DNA of 64,000 bases, taken from an uncultured Actinomycetota bacterium (lineage in GTDB: Bacteria > Actinomycetota > Geothermincolia > Geothermincolales > RBG-13-55-18). Under the pieces are notes generated by a model, which had not been told where the DNA came from, searched no databases, and saw only the letters and a list, made by a program, of their open reading frames with translations. The DNA lies in the NCBI GenBank assembly GCA_964462595.1, contig CAYWXM010000014.1, positions 7,341 through 71,340 of the forward strand, read 5' to 3'. Position 1 is the first letter of the stretch, and every line of letters starts with the position of its first letter. Shown here in pieces: positions 17,626 to 27,792 of this stretch. A program made the translations under genes and the position numbers.

Positions 17626-18309
17626 CTAGCCCTCCCGGGGCATCGCGGACGGGCCGGGCTTTTTCCGCAGGTTGTTGATGAGGATATCGATGCTTACCAG
17701 AAATATCCATAGCGGAAGCAGCAGGTTGATAAAAGGCACGATGCTCGCGGCCACAAGCAGCGTGAGCCCGATGGCCAGGCCGAGCAGAGCCAGCCAGCGG
17801 TATATGACCCCGGTGCGCATGGCGATGGTGGAGGCGGAGATGACGAACACCGCCGCCATCCTCATCGCGAAGACGTTTAGCAGCGAAAAGGAAGCCTGGC
17901 TGCCGAAATCCCACAGCATTTTCTCCGCTGCCGTGCTGGGAGCTGAATCGAAGCTTGCCAGCAAAGCGTCGGAAGCCGCTGTCGCAGCGAAGATCATGGC
18001 GATGAAAAGAAGGCCGCTGCCCAGGAACACGGTGGCGAAGAACCTGTCCTCCAGCTCACCTATGCGGTCGCGGATCACGCCGATGAACCAGAGTAAGGCT
18101 ATACCCGCGAAGGGTATCAGGTTGACGGCGACGACCACCGAAGTCCTGCGGCCGCCGTCGCTGAGCCATTGCCCGGCCTCGGCCGGGTCGGAAGACAGGG
18201 AGAGCCTGACGAGCACGATGCTGATGGCTAGAAGAACCGAGAAAAGGATGCCCGCGATGGCGGCGCCGCGGGGCGCCCTGAGCCCCTTTTCACTCATCCC
18301 CTTTTGCAT
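17626..18309 (-). CDS. Integral membrane protein (about 6 TM), unknown function
   Basis: Track ORF 17626..18669 trimmed to ATG 18307-18309 (MQKGMSEKG), behind AAGGGGGG. The upstream 120 codons are not membrane-like. Confidence 0.7.
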   Translation of the reverse strand: MQKGMSEKGLRAPRGAAIAGILFSVLLAISIVLVRLSLSSDPAEAGQWLSDGGRRTSVVVAVNLIPFAGIALLWFIGVIRDRIGELEDRFFATVFLGSGLLFIAMIFAATAASDALLASFDSAPSTAAEKMLWDFGSQASFSLLNVFAMRMAAVFVISASTIAMRTGVIYRWLALLGLAIGLTLLVAASIVPFINLLLPLWIFLVSIDILINNLRKKPGPSAMPREG

Positions 18310-18579
18310 CGGCCCCCCTTTATATCGCTCTTCACTATGCTGTGCGGTCGTCCAGCCCGTAGCTCTCTTCCATCCCTTCCTTCGTGTCCCGAACAGCCCC
18401 CACCGTGACAATGCTTGAGCGCTCCACCGCCTTCCCTCTGGCGCTGCCGGCGATTGGTGCTTGAGGAACTCATACATTTTAGCAATAATCTTCGTGACGG
18501 GGGAAACGGGAGCCTTTTCTTTATCCTGGAAGTGCCTGGGGCAGTTGGCCCGGGCACCATGTGCGCAGAGGTGATCGTG

Positions 18580-19584
18580 ATGTCGAGGATCGGTGGTTTT
18601 CTGCACGGCGGCGAGGTTACCGCTGAAGATGTCGAGGTGCTGCAGGATAAACTGCTCTTCGATCGCCACCCCCGGAGCGATCGCCTGTTGCGTTTTTTCA
18701 TCCTGCTCCTACTCTCGGCCATTATCGCCACCTACGGCGTGGTGAGCGACTCGGTGGCCACGGTTATCGGCGCCATGATCGTGGCGCCTTTGATGACGCC
18801 GATTATGGCCGTTTCACTCAGTATCGTCAGCGGAGACCACCGCAACATCGTGCGCTCTTTGCTCATCGTCGCGGCGGGGACAGTAGCGGTGGTGGGCTTC
18901 GCTTTCGTCCTGGCGGAGGTGCTCAGGGGATCGGTGCAGATCGCGGACAATTCCCAGATAACCGCGCGCACTTCTCCGCGCCTCATCGATCTCATCATCG
19001 CCCTGGCTTCCGGTGCCGCGGGGGCTTTCGCCACCGGGCGCGAGGACGTTTCTGACGCGCTGCCTGGAGTAGCCATAGCGGTGTCCCTGGTGCCCCCGCT
19101 GGCGGTGGTGGGTATCTGCCTTTCCGCTGGAGTGTACAGGGATGCGCTCGGGGCGTTTATCCTCTTCCTCACCAACTTCCTGGCCATAGTCGTCGCGGGC
19201 CTGATCTTCTTCGCCATCATGGGCTACGGCGGGGCGGCTCTCGATCTCCAGGGCAGGAAGGCGAAGCGCTGGGCCACGCTGGTCGTCATCGGCGCCACGC
19301 TGATGGTCATGGCGCCGCTGGGCGTTACGACCCAAAGGGCCACCGCCGAGCACATCCTGCAGCAGCGGACACTGGAGGAGACCGAGGATTGGCTCGAGGG
19401 AGCGCAATACAACGTGTACCTGGTCGAGGTGGACGGCCGCGGCGTCGATATCATCGTTGCCGGTGAAGGCGACCTCCCCCCGTTCGATGGCCTGCTCTCC
19501 GCGCTCCGCGAACGCGTGGGGGACATATCCGTTAATCTCAAGGTGGTCCCGGAGCGCACGTTAGAGGCGCGGACGGTAGAGTAA
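18580..19584 (+). CDS. DUF389 (TIGR00341-type) membrane protein
   Basis: VIGAMIVAPLMTPIMAVSLSIV ... ALPGVAIAVSLVPPLAVVGICL are the repeated hallmark segments. Start at ATG 18580, behind GAGGTG. Confidence 0.85.
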   Translation: MSRIGGFLHGGEVTAEDVEVLQDKLLFDRHPRSDRLLRFFILLLLSAIIATYGVVSDSVATVIGAMIVAPLMTPIMAVSLSIVSGDHRNIVRSLLIVAAGTVAVVGFAFVLAEVLRGSVQIADNSQITARTSPRLIDLIIALASGAAGAFATGREDVSDALPGVAIAVSLVPPLAVVGICLSAGVYRDALGAFILFLTNFLAIVVAGLIFFAIMGYGGAALDLQGRKAKRWATLVVIGATLMVMAPLGVTTQRATAEHILQQRTLEETEDWLEGAQYNVYLVEVDGRGVDIIVAGEGDLPPFDGLLSALRERVGDISVNLKVVPERTLEARTVE

Positions 19585-19598
19585 CCTGCCTTGCACCG

Positions 19599-21938
19599 CT
19601 ACTGGCGGTAGTTCGCCACTCGCGCCTCGCCCTCGGGGTCTATGTAACCCGGGCCTTCCAGCTCTATCTCCACCCTGCTGATGGTGCCCGTGAACTCGAA
19701 GGGGGGCCGGTACTCCGGCCACACCGCGGAGGTGGAGTCGGAGCCGATCTCCAGCCCCTCGACCATGGCGTAGACCGTCAGGTTGGTGTGAGGTATGTCG
19801 CCCCCTCCTACCTTGCGGCCGTCGATGAAAAGGGTAGCGGTGCCGGCGAAATCCTCCGTCCTGCGGAACTCCACGCGCAGGGTCACGCTGCCGCTGGGGA
19901 CCGGCTCACGCGAGGTGACCACGTAATGCTCGCGGGAAAGCCAGTTGGAGACGTAATGCAGCCTGCCGTCTTTTACGCACAGAGAATATCCCCCGTCGAG
20001 GCCCCCGTTGGAGATTATAACCCCCTCCGCTCCGCCCCGCGGTATCTCGACCTCGGCGGTGATGGCGTGGGAGCGGTTCCTGAGGTCGGGAGAACCCTGG
20101 CGCACCAGCCTCACCGGAGAGTGGTAGGTATAGGCTTCGCGTTCCTCGAAGGTATGCGGCCTCGGCGCCAGCATGCGCACCACTATGGAATCGTCCAGGG
20201 GAAGCACCTTGTACTTGCCGGCCTCCGCCCACCAGCGGTCGAGGAGTTCACGCACCTTCTCGGGGCGCTCCGCCGCAAGGTCGCGGACTTCGGAGAAGTC
20301 CTCGTCGATGTGATAGAGTTCCCACTCGTCTGCATCGAAGAAACCGTCGTGAGCCTCGTGGTCCATGAGGCTGAACGACCACCTGAAAGTCGGGGATATG
20401 TGGGCGGTCACCAGTTTCCAGCCTTCCGACCACAGGGCGCGGTGGCCCAGCATCTCGAAGTACTGCACCTTCTTGGGGGTGGGGGCATCGGCGTCGGTGA
20501 GGCTGTAGGCCATGCTTTCGCCCTCCAGGGGCATCTGCGCGTAGCCGCGCACCTGCGCCGGCATCTCGATGCCGATGGCTTCGAGCAGGGTGGGCATGAC
20601 GTCGACCACGTGATGGAACTGGGAACGGATAGCGCCCCTGTCTTTTATGCGGGCCGGCCAGTGGATGATGAGCGGGTCGCGGGTGCCGCCTTCGTGCACC
20701 ATCTGCTTGTACCAGCGGTTGGGCGTGTTGCCGGCGCAGGCCCACCCCGTGGCGTAATGCGGATGGGTGGAGGGGCTTCCCCACTCGTCGATCCTCTCCA
20801 GCTTCTCGTCCAGGGTCTCGGGTGAGAGGTTGAAGAAGCTCATCTCCGATACCAGGCCTTCCGCTCCTCCCTCACCGCTGGCGCCGTTGTCGGAGAGAAA
20901 GATGACCACGGTGTTTTCCATCAAACCCGCGTGCTCCAGGAAATCCAGCACCCTTCCGATGTGGTGGTCGGTGTGGGAGAGGAAACCGGCATACACCTCC
21001 ATCTGGCGCGCGTAGAGACGCTGCTCGTCCTGCGGGATCTCGCCCCATGCCCGCACGCCCGGGTTGCGCGGCGGCAGCTCGGTGCTCTCCGGGACTATGC
21101 CTATCTCCTTCTGCCTGCGCAGCGTCTTTTCGCGTATGATGTCCCAGCCGTCGTCGAAGCGGCCCCTGTATTTATCTATCCATTCCCTGGGAGCGTGATG
21201 GGGCGAGTGGGTCGCCCCGGGGGCGAAGAGCATGAAGAAGGGCTTGGACGGCGTCACCGCCTGCTGCTCGCTTACCCACTCGATGGCCCTGTCCGCCAGG
21301 TCCTCGGTGAGATGGTAACCCTCCTCCGGGCTGCGAGGCGGGTCCACCCTGTGGTTGTCGTGCCAGAGGTCGGGCTCCCACTGGTTGGTCTCTCCCATGA
21401 GGAAGCCGTAGTAGCGCTCGAAGCCCTGCCCCAGGGGCCAGCGGTCGTAGGGGCCGGAGGCGGTGATGTGCTCGGTGGGCGTGAGGTGCCACTTACCCAG
21501 GCACATGGTGTTGTAACCCCGCTCCACCAGGATGGCCGGCAGCATGGCCGCCTGCTTGGAGACGTGGCCGTTATAGCCGGGATACCCGTTGGGGAACTCC
21601 ATGACCACGGCGGCTCCCACGCTGTGATGGTTGCGGCCGGTTAGCAGGCAGGCGCGGGTCGGCGTGCACAGGGCGGTGGTATGGAAGTTGTTATAGCGCA
21701 ATCCCCCGGCAGCCAGGCGGTCGATGTTAGGGGTCTCGATCAGCCCGCCCAGGCCGCCGAAGCATCCCACCTGGGCGAAGCCGGTATCGTCGAGCACGAT
21801 CATGAGGACGTTGGGAGCGCCATCCGGAGCCCGTGGGGGAACCGGCCAGGCCGGAACGGAATCCGCCTGGGTGCGCCCTATAACCCCCGGGAAAGGCTCG
21901 CCATCAGTATAAGACAGGTATTCGGACACGGTCTGCAC
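19599..21938 (-). CDS. Arylsulfatase, type I (Cys-type), long form with C-terminal beta-sandwich extension
   Basis: NVLMIVLDDTGFAQVGCFGG ... TALCTPTRACLLTGRNHH (CxPxR formylglycine motif) ... GKWHL ... FLSDNGASGEGG. No N-terminal signal peptide. Confidence 0.92.
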   Translation of the reverse strand: MQTVSEYLSYTDGEPFPGVIGRTQADSVPAWPVPPRAPDGAPNVLMIVLDDTGFAQVGCFGGLGGLIETPNIDRLAAGGLRYNNFHTTALCTPTRACLLTGRNHHSVGAAVVMEFPNGYPGYNGHVSKQAAMLPAILVERGYNTMCLGKWHLTPTEHITASGPYDRWPLGQGFERYYGFLMGETNQWEPDLWHDNHRVDPPRSPEEGYHLTEDLADRAIEWVSEQQAVTPSKPFFMLFAPGATHSPHHAPREWIDKYRGRFDDGWDIIREKTLRRQKEIGIVPESTELPPRNPGVRAWGEIPQDEQRLYARQMEVYAGFLSHTDHHIGRVLDFLEHAGLMENTVVIFLSDNGASGEGGAEGLVSEMSFFNLSPETLDEKLERIDEWGSPSTHPHYATGWACAGNTPNRWYKQMVHEGGTRDPLIIHWPARIKDRGAIRSQFHHVVDVMPTLLEAIGIEMPAQVRGYAQMPLEGESMAYSLTDADAPTPKKVQYFEMLGHRALWSEGWKLVTAHISPTFRWSFSLMDHEAHDGFFDADEWELYHIDEDFSEVRDLAAERPEKVRELLDRWWAEAGKYKVLPLDDSIVVRMLAPRPHTFEEREAYTYHSPVRLVRQGSPDLRNRSHAITAEVEIPRGGAEGVIISNGGLDGGYSLCVKDGRLHYVSNWLSREHYVVTSREPVPSGSVTLRVEFRRTEDFAGTATLFIDGRKVGGGDIPHTNLTVYAMVEGLEIGSDSTSAVWPEYRPPFEFTGTISRVEIELEGPGYIDPEGEARVANYRQ

Positions 21939-21955
21939 CTCCCGTCACACGGTCT

Positions 21956-23914
21956 CTACGGAGTGACTATATTGAACAAGGGATCGAATTCGTCCATGAG
22001 GCCGAACAGCTCTGCCAGCTTGCCGGCGTCGCCCCCGATGCTTATCTCGCCGGACGAGAGCTTTTCCTGCACGGTGGACCGCTGCATGAGGATGTCGTCC
22101 AGTGCCGCCCGGCTGAGCGTGAGCACGGCATCGCAAGTTTTCAACGGCTTGCCGTCGCTGTAGTTCAGGACCCCGTTCTCCACCGTAAGCAGGTACTGCT
22201 GCCCGGTGTCGGTGAGATCGAACCCGATGCCGATCGAAAGGCCCTCGGCTTTGGGCCCGTTGAGACGCACGGCCATGTAATCGAAGATCAGCTCCATGCT
22301 CATGGCCGCTATCACGTCTCCGCGGCTCATGGAGGGCGCATCCGTATGGACGACGCCGTCGCGCAGTTCCTTAGCGCCGGTGAGGTAAAAATTGCGCCAT
22401 GGGCCTGACTCCGCCTGGTAGCCGAGCTGTTCGAGGGCGTCCGCCTGCAGCTCGCGGGCCTCCCGGTTGCCCGGCTTGGCGAAGACGAGGTGGTTGACCA
22501 CCTCGGCGACCCAGCGGTACTCCCCCTTTTCGTACGCTTCCCTCGCCCTGGACAGGACGGATTCCGCGCCCCCCATATATTCCACGTACCGCTTGCCGGC
22601 CTCCTCCGGGGGCAGGGGGTGCAGGTGGGCGGGATTGCCGTCGAACCATCCCAGGTATCTCTGGTAGATCGCCTTGGCGTCGTGGCTGACCGAACCGTAA
22701 TAACCGCGGTTATACCACTCGTGGGCCAGCTCGGCGGGCAGCTCGATGACCTCGGCTATCTCGAGCATGGTAAGGCCGTGGTTCGCGAGTCGCAGCACCT
22801 CGTCGTGAAGGTATTTGTACATATCCCGCTGTTTCTCGAGGAACTTCAGGCAGCTGTCGTGCCCCCAGGTGGGCCAGTGGTGTCCGGCGAACACCACCTC
22901 GGTCTCGTCTCCGAAGAGGTCGATAGCCTCGTTGACGTAATGAGCCCATGCCTTGGCGTCCCTTACCTTGGCGCCGCGCAGGGTATACAGGTTGTGCAGG
23001 TTATGGGTGCAGTTCTCCGCGATGCACAGGGCCTTGAACTGGGGAACATGGAAATGCATCTCGGAGGGGGCCTCGGTGTCCGGCGCGAGCTGGAAGACGA
23101 TACTGACCCCGTCTACGGTAAGCTCCGTCGGGGTCTTGGCGATGATGACCGTGGGCTCGATGAGGGTGGTGGTGCCCGACGATGTCGTCTTGCCCAGTCC
23201 GCCGTCCACCTGTCCCCTGGGGCCCTTGGGCAGCAGGTTGCCGTACATGTAGGCCGCCCGGCGGCTCATGGCATGGCCGGCCATGACGTTCTCGCTCACC
23301 GCCGCTTCCGTGAAACCCTCCGGCGCGATGACCATGACCTTTCCCGCTTTTGCGTCCTCCTCGGATATGACGCCTTTAACTCCCCCCCAGTGGTCGACAT
23401 GGCTGTGGGTGTATATCACCGCCACCACGGGTTTTTCGCCCAGATGGTCATATACCAGGCGCATGGAAGCCTCGGCGCATTCGGCGGAGATGAGCGGGTC
23501 GACGACGATATAGCCGGTGTCGGTCTCTATGACGCTCATCACCGAGAGGTCGTAACCGCGTACCTGGTAGATGCGGTCGACCACCTTGAACAGCCCGTGG
23601 AACATGTTCAGGCGCGACTGCCGCCACAGGCTGGGGTTCACGGTGGGGGGCGGGACCTCCTCCGAGAGGAAGGAATACTGGTTCAGGTCCCATACGGTTC
23701 TGCCCTCGGAGTCCTGGACGATGGGGGGGTCCAGGCTGGCGATGAAACCTCTCTGGGCCGCTTCCCAGTCGCTGTCGTCCTTCCAGTCAAGGTGCGCGTT
23801 TTCCGATACATGCCGGTTGGCCTCCTCCGTGAAGCCGGTGGCGTCCCTGGGTTCGTACATCACGATCCTCCTTCCTATCGGCATGGTCTCCGTGCCTGTG
23901 CCGGGTTCTGCCAC
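21956..23914 (-). CDS. Alkyl/aryl-sulfatase, MBL-fold type III (SdsA1/YjcS-like)
   Basis: VIYTHSHVDHWGG metallo-beta-lactamase motif, dimerisation region, and an SCP2-like C-terminus. Start could also be an internal Met (MPIGRR). Confidence 0.9.
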   Translation of the reverse strand: MAEPGTGTETMPIGRRIVMYEPRDATGFTEEANRHVSENAHLDWKDDSDWEAAQRGFIASLDPPIVQDSEGRTVWDLNQYSFLSEEVPPPTVNPSLWRQSRLNMFHGLFKVVDRIYQVRGYDLSVMSVIETDTGYIVVDPLISAECAEASMRLVYDHLGEKPVVAVIYTHSHVDHWGGVKGVISEEDAKAGKVMVIAPEGFTEAAVSENVMAGHAMSRRAAYMYGNLLPKGPRGQVDGGLGKTTSSGTTTLIEPTVIIAKTPTELTVDGVSIVFQLAPDTEAPSEMHFHVPQFKALCIAENCTHNLHNLYTLRGAKVRDAKAWAHYVNEAIDLFGDETEVVFAGHHWPTWGHDSCLKFLEKQRDMYKYLHDEVLRLANHGLTMLEIAEVIELPAELAHEWYNRGYYGSVSHDAKAIYQRYLGWFDGNPAHLHPLPPEEAGKRYVEYMGGAESVLSRAREAYEKGEYRWVAEVVNHLVFAKPGNREARELQADALEQLGYQAESGPWRNFYLTGAKELRDGVVHTDAPSMSRGDVIAAMSMELIFDYMAVRLNGPKAEGLSIGIGFDLTDTGQQYLLTVENGVLNYSDGKPLKTCDAVLTLSRAALDDILMQRSTVQEKLSSGEISIGGDAGKLAELFGLMDEFDPLFNIVTP

Positions 23915-23933
23915 ATATGGTTACGGTCCTCTT

Positions 23934-25640
23934 TCACCGTTTGTCCAAGAAAGCCTTGACGGCGTCATCGATGGTGGGGAAGACGCGCTCCTTGCCCACC
24001 GCATCCACCACGCCCATGGCGCGCATTGCCTCCAGCGTCGGGGCATGCACCCTGGCCAGCGAGAGCGCTACACTTTTTTTGGCGAGCCCCGATTGGAGCT
24101 CGATCAGCTTGTCCGCCGCGGTGGTGTCGATATCGAACACGTCCTCCCCGTCCACGATCACCGCCCTCGGGCTCGGCTCGGCCTCCTCCACAAGGCGCAT
24201 GATCCGATCGCAGAACTCGTCCGCGTTGGAGAAGATGAGCGGCGCGTCGAACCGGAAGACGATAAGCTCGGGATGGATGGGATGGTAATCGGGATGTTCC
24301 TTCAGGTCACCGTAGCGGGTGCCGCTGTCGTCCACGCCGAGCACCGCCCAGTGCGGGCTGCTGGCGCGCTCGATGAAGAGCACCAGGGAGAGCAGCACGC
24401 CGATGAGTATGCCCTCCAGGAGGCCGAAGAGAAGCACCCCCAGGAATGCGGAGAATGCCAGCAGGAAGTCCACCTTCCTTACGCGATATAGGCGCCGCAG
24501 CTCCTTGAAACGTATGAGCCTGGCCACCGCATGGATGACCACGGCGGCCAGCGTGGCCTCGGGCAGGTACTTGAACAATCCGGCCAGGAAGAGGATGGTC
24601 AGCAAGGCCATGGCGGAACAGAAGACCATGGCCAGCTCCGTCTTCCCCCCCGCCGCGTCGCCCGCCGCGGTCTTGGAGACGCTGCCGGTGACCGCGAAAC
24701 CCTGGAAGAGCCCGGACCCCAGGTTGGCCATACCGTAGGACACCATCTCCAGGTTGGGGTCCAGGCGGTAACCGTACTTAGTGGAATATACCTTGGCCGT
24801 GGCCAGCGACTCGGCGAAGACCAGTATCACCAGTCCCAGGGCGCCCGGAAGAAGCCCCGAGATATCTTTCAGGCCCACCCCCCCGAGGGACCACCCCGGC
24901 ATCCCGGAGGGAACGTCGCCCACGATGGAGATGCCGTACTCCGCGAAGCCGAGGATGCCGGAGAGGATTATCGCCAGCACGAGGATAGTCAGAGCGGCAG
25001 GCAGCTTGGGAACGAAACGGTGGAGCAGGAAGAGGAGGATCAGGCAGGAGGCACCCACCGCCAGGGTGTTCCAGGACCAGCTTCCGGCCTGGCGGAGCAT
25101 GTCGGCGAATTCCGCGAACGTGTTGCCTCCCTCGGCGGATATGCCCAGGACCTTGTCCAGTTGCCCTACGGCGATGAAGATGGCCGCCCCGACGATGAAA
25201 CCCGAGAGTACCGGTTCGGCGAAGAACTTGGCCAGGAAGCCCATACGGGCCAGGCCGAGCACGACCATGATCACGCCGACCATGAGGGCCAGGGTTATGG
25301 TGAGGGCCAGGTAGCGGTCCGGGTCCCCGCCGGCCGCCAGGGGCGCGACCACCGCTGCGGATACCGCCGCACCCTCCGCGCTGGGGCCGAACACCATCTG
25401 GCGCGACGAGCCGAACAGCGCGTAGGCGAGCAGCGCGAAGGGCGCCGCGTACAGGCCGTACTGCACCGGCACTCCCGCGATACCCGCGTAGGCCAGCGCC
25501 TCGGGTATCAGCAGGGCCCACACGGTGAGAGCGGCTACGATATCGCCGCTGAGCCACTTGCGCTCGTAGGACGGAAGCCAGGCGGCGATGGGGATATGCT
25601 TTTTCCATGCGCCAGAGCGGGAAACGCCTCCCCCTGCCAT
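23934..25640 (-). CDS. SulP family anion transporter with C-terminal STAS domain
   Basis: WLPSYERKWLSGDIVAALTVWALLIPEALAYAGIAGVP ... STAS: LIVFRFDAPLIFSNADEF ... VIVDGEDVFDIDTTAADKL. Confidence 0.92.
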   Translation of the reverse strand: MAGGGVSRSGAWKKHIPIAAWLPSYERKWLSGDIVAALTVWALLIPEALAYAGIAGVPVQYGLYAAPFALLAYALFGSSRQMVFGPSAEGAAVSAAVVAPLAAGGDPDRYLALTITLALMVGVIMVVLGLARMGFLAKFFAEPVLSGFIVGAAIFIAVGQLDKVLGISAEGGNTFAEFADMLRQAGSWSWNTLAVGASCLILLFLLHRFVPKLPAALTILVLAIILSGILGFAEYGISIVGDVPSGMPGWSLGGVGLKDISGLLPGALGLVILVFAESLATAKVYSTKYGYRLDPNLEMVSYGMANLGSGLFQGFAVTGSVSKTAAGDAAGGKTELAMVFCSAMALLTILFLAGLFKYLPEATLAAVVIHAVARLIRFKELRRLYRVRKVDFLLAFSAFLGVLLFGLLEGILIGVLLSLVLFIERASSPHWAVLGVDDSGTRYGDLKEHPDYHPIHPELIVFRFDAPLIFSNADEFCDRIMRLVEEAEPSPRAVIVDGEDVFDIDTTAADKLIELQSGLAKKSVALSLARVHAPTLEAMRAMGVVDAVGKERVFPTIDDAVKAFLDKR

Positions 25641-25835
25641 TGCGACCTCCTAAAACCGCCCCGCTGAAACCAAATCATGTCAGCAAGGTAGAGCAGTAAC
25701 AACCCCTTCCCGCCTGGATCCCGAGCGGGGTCGCAGACTTATCAGATCACGCCGTGCAAGACAGGACGCTCCACGACGGGTGATCGTACATCCCGTCCGG
25801 GAGCACCCTTGAACGGTTTTGCCGTCTTCACTCCG

Positions 25836-27449
25836 CTAGACCGACGCGCCTCCCTTCACCTGGATGCGCGGCGGGTACTTCTTGAACGTCGCCATGTGCT
25901 GGGCGTTGATCCCCGATATCACCGGCAGGAGCACCAGCTTGCGGATGGTGAAAGAATGCTCTTCCTTGGGATCGAGGAAGAGATTGAAAGTCTTCCCATA
26001 TGTGTACTGCACTGTATGGCCGGAGAAGCCGCCCGGGGTCACGGTGTCGTGGATGTCGATCTCGGTCGCGCAAGTCATCAGCTTGTAGCCCCCCATGCGG
26101 ATGCCGGAGTGCTGGTCGAGCAGCCAGGCGTGCACCGCGATGCGGTTGGAAGACCAGGCCGGGTCCATGGCCCAATAGGTATCCTCCGGTACGGGCGGAG
26201 CCAGCAGGAAGCCGCGCTGGTCCACCCCGTCGATGTAGCGGTCCTCGGGCAGGTCCTCGACCCCGGCCAGGGCGCAGAAGGTAGGCAGGAGGTCGCAGAA
26301 GTCGAAGAGGCCGTCGCTGGTGCGCCCCTCCTCTATCATGCCCTTCCAGTAGAAGATGCCGGGCACGCGTATTCCGCCCTCCCAGGTGGTGCCCTTGGAG
26401 CCGCGGAAGGGGGTGTAGGAGCTGTCCGGCCAGCTCTCCATCTCCGGGCCGTTGTCGGAGGTCACGAAGATGAGGGTGTTCTCGAGCTGCCCGGTCTCCT
26501 CCAGGGCGCGGAAGAGGCGCCCGAAGATGTCGTCGCACTCCACCAGCACATCGTGGAAGGGGTACTTGGCTCGCGACTTGCCCTTGAAGCTGTCCGGCGG
26601 GTAGTTGTCGAAGTGGCAGCCGCGGGTGCCGTGGTAGAGGAACCAGGGCTGGCCTGCTCCCGCCATCTCGCGGATGAACTTCTCGGAGTAGCCGGCCCAC
26701 TTCTCGTCCAGGTCCTTGACCGTTTCCAGGTCGATCTCCTCCTGCTCGATCTCCGGGACGTCGAACTGCCCCGCCTTGGCCAGGATGTTGTGCTTGTTGA
26801 ACTTCATCTTCATGACCATCTGAAAAACGAAGGGATCATTCACTATCTCCGGGTAGAAGTAGTTGTCGCGCCACTCGGTATACATATCTGAGACACCGTA
26901 GAAGCCGTAGAATTCGTCGAAGCCCTTGTTCTGCGGCACCGACTCGGCGTTCTCGCCGCAGTGCCACTTGCCCACGGCGCGGGTGGCGTAGCCCGCCTGC
27001 TTGAGCAGCTCCGGCAGGGTCACCTCTTCCTGCAGTCCGCCAGGCTGACCGTACATGGGCGGGGTGAGGATGCCGTGGCGGATGGGCAGGCGCCCGGTCA
27101 TGATGGTGGCGCGGGAGGGCGAGCAGCTGGGCTGGGAATAACATGAGGTGAGCTTGAGCCCCTCCGCCGCCAGTTTGTCGAAGTTGGGTGTGGGAGCGCC
27201 CCGCAGGTGGCCTCCGCCGAAGCATCCGAAGTCCCCCCAGCCCACGTCGTCCAGTAAATAGATGAGGAAGTTGGGTTTTTTACCCGTCTTCTTCTCCAGG
27301 TCGGCGAGCTTACCCTCCGCCGCCTTCAGCCATTCCGGGTGCAGCATGCGCGGCTCGCGGTTTTCGGCGTAATTGTCGATGGTGCCGCCCACGATGCGTT
27401 CGCCGCCGTCCGGTGGGATAGCCCCGCAGTCGATCCAGTGCTCAGCCAT
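25836..27449 (-). CDS. Arylsulfatase, type I (Cys-type)
   Basis: NFLIYLLDDVGWGDFGCFGG ... SCSPSRATIMTGRLPIRHG ... GKWHCG ... FVTSDNGPE. AGGAGG RBS. No signal peptide. Confidence 0.92.
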   Translation of the reverse strand: MAEHWIDCGAIPPDGGERIVGGTIDNYAENREPRMLHPEWLKAAEGKLADLEKKTGKKPNFLIYLLDDVGWGDFGCFGGGHLRGAPTPNFDKLAAEGLKLTSCYSQPSCSPSRATIMTGRLPIRHGILTPPMYGQPGGLQEEVTLPELLKQAGYATRAVGKWHCGENAESVPQNKGFDEFYGFYGVSDMYTEWRDNYFYPEIVNDPFVFQMVMKMKFNKHNILAKAGQFDVPEIEQEEIDLETVKDLDEKWAGYSEKFIREMAGAGQPWFLYHGTRGCHFDNYPPDSFKGKSRAKYPFHDVLVECDDIFGRLFRALEETGQLENTLIFVTSDNGPEMESWPDSSYTPFRGSKGTTWEGGIRVPGIFYWKGMIEEGRTSDGLFDFCDLLPTFCALAGVEDLPEDRYIDGVDQRGFLLAPPVPEDTYWAMDPAWSSNRIAVHAWLLDQHSGIRMGGYKLMTCATEIDIHDTVTPGGFSGHTVQYTYGKTFNLFLDPKEEHSFTIRKLVLLPVISGINAQHMATFKKYPPRIQVKGGASV

Positions 27450-27792
27450 AACTACCTCCTCTTACGATATACACCCTCGAGACACGCTGACAGGGCAGGA
27501 TTTCAGGTTGGCAATAAACCTGCCCGACCGTATACATGTTGCCGACTGTTCAGCCACGAACCCCTTGTTTACCGTCTATTCAATCATAGTATCTGTTTCT
27601 TAACAGTACCTTTTCGGCGCGATTGTTCGGAGATGTTTATACCTTCGCGCGCACGAGAATACTGCATTTATATCGACACCTGGATAGGCGTTTTTAACCC
27701 GGATTTTCAGGTTGCGTCAAACTCCATCGCCGTGGCTTCCATCCAACGCGTCATGATGGTGCGAGGGAGTGGGAGAGAAGGACCCCGAAGCG

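Noticed and set aside
25809-26891. 360-aa plus-strand ORF
   Set aside because: Antisense to the second arylsulfatase, which has the CSPSR active site. Val/Gly/Ala/His-rich shadow frame.
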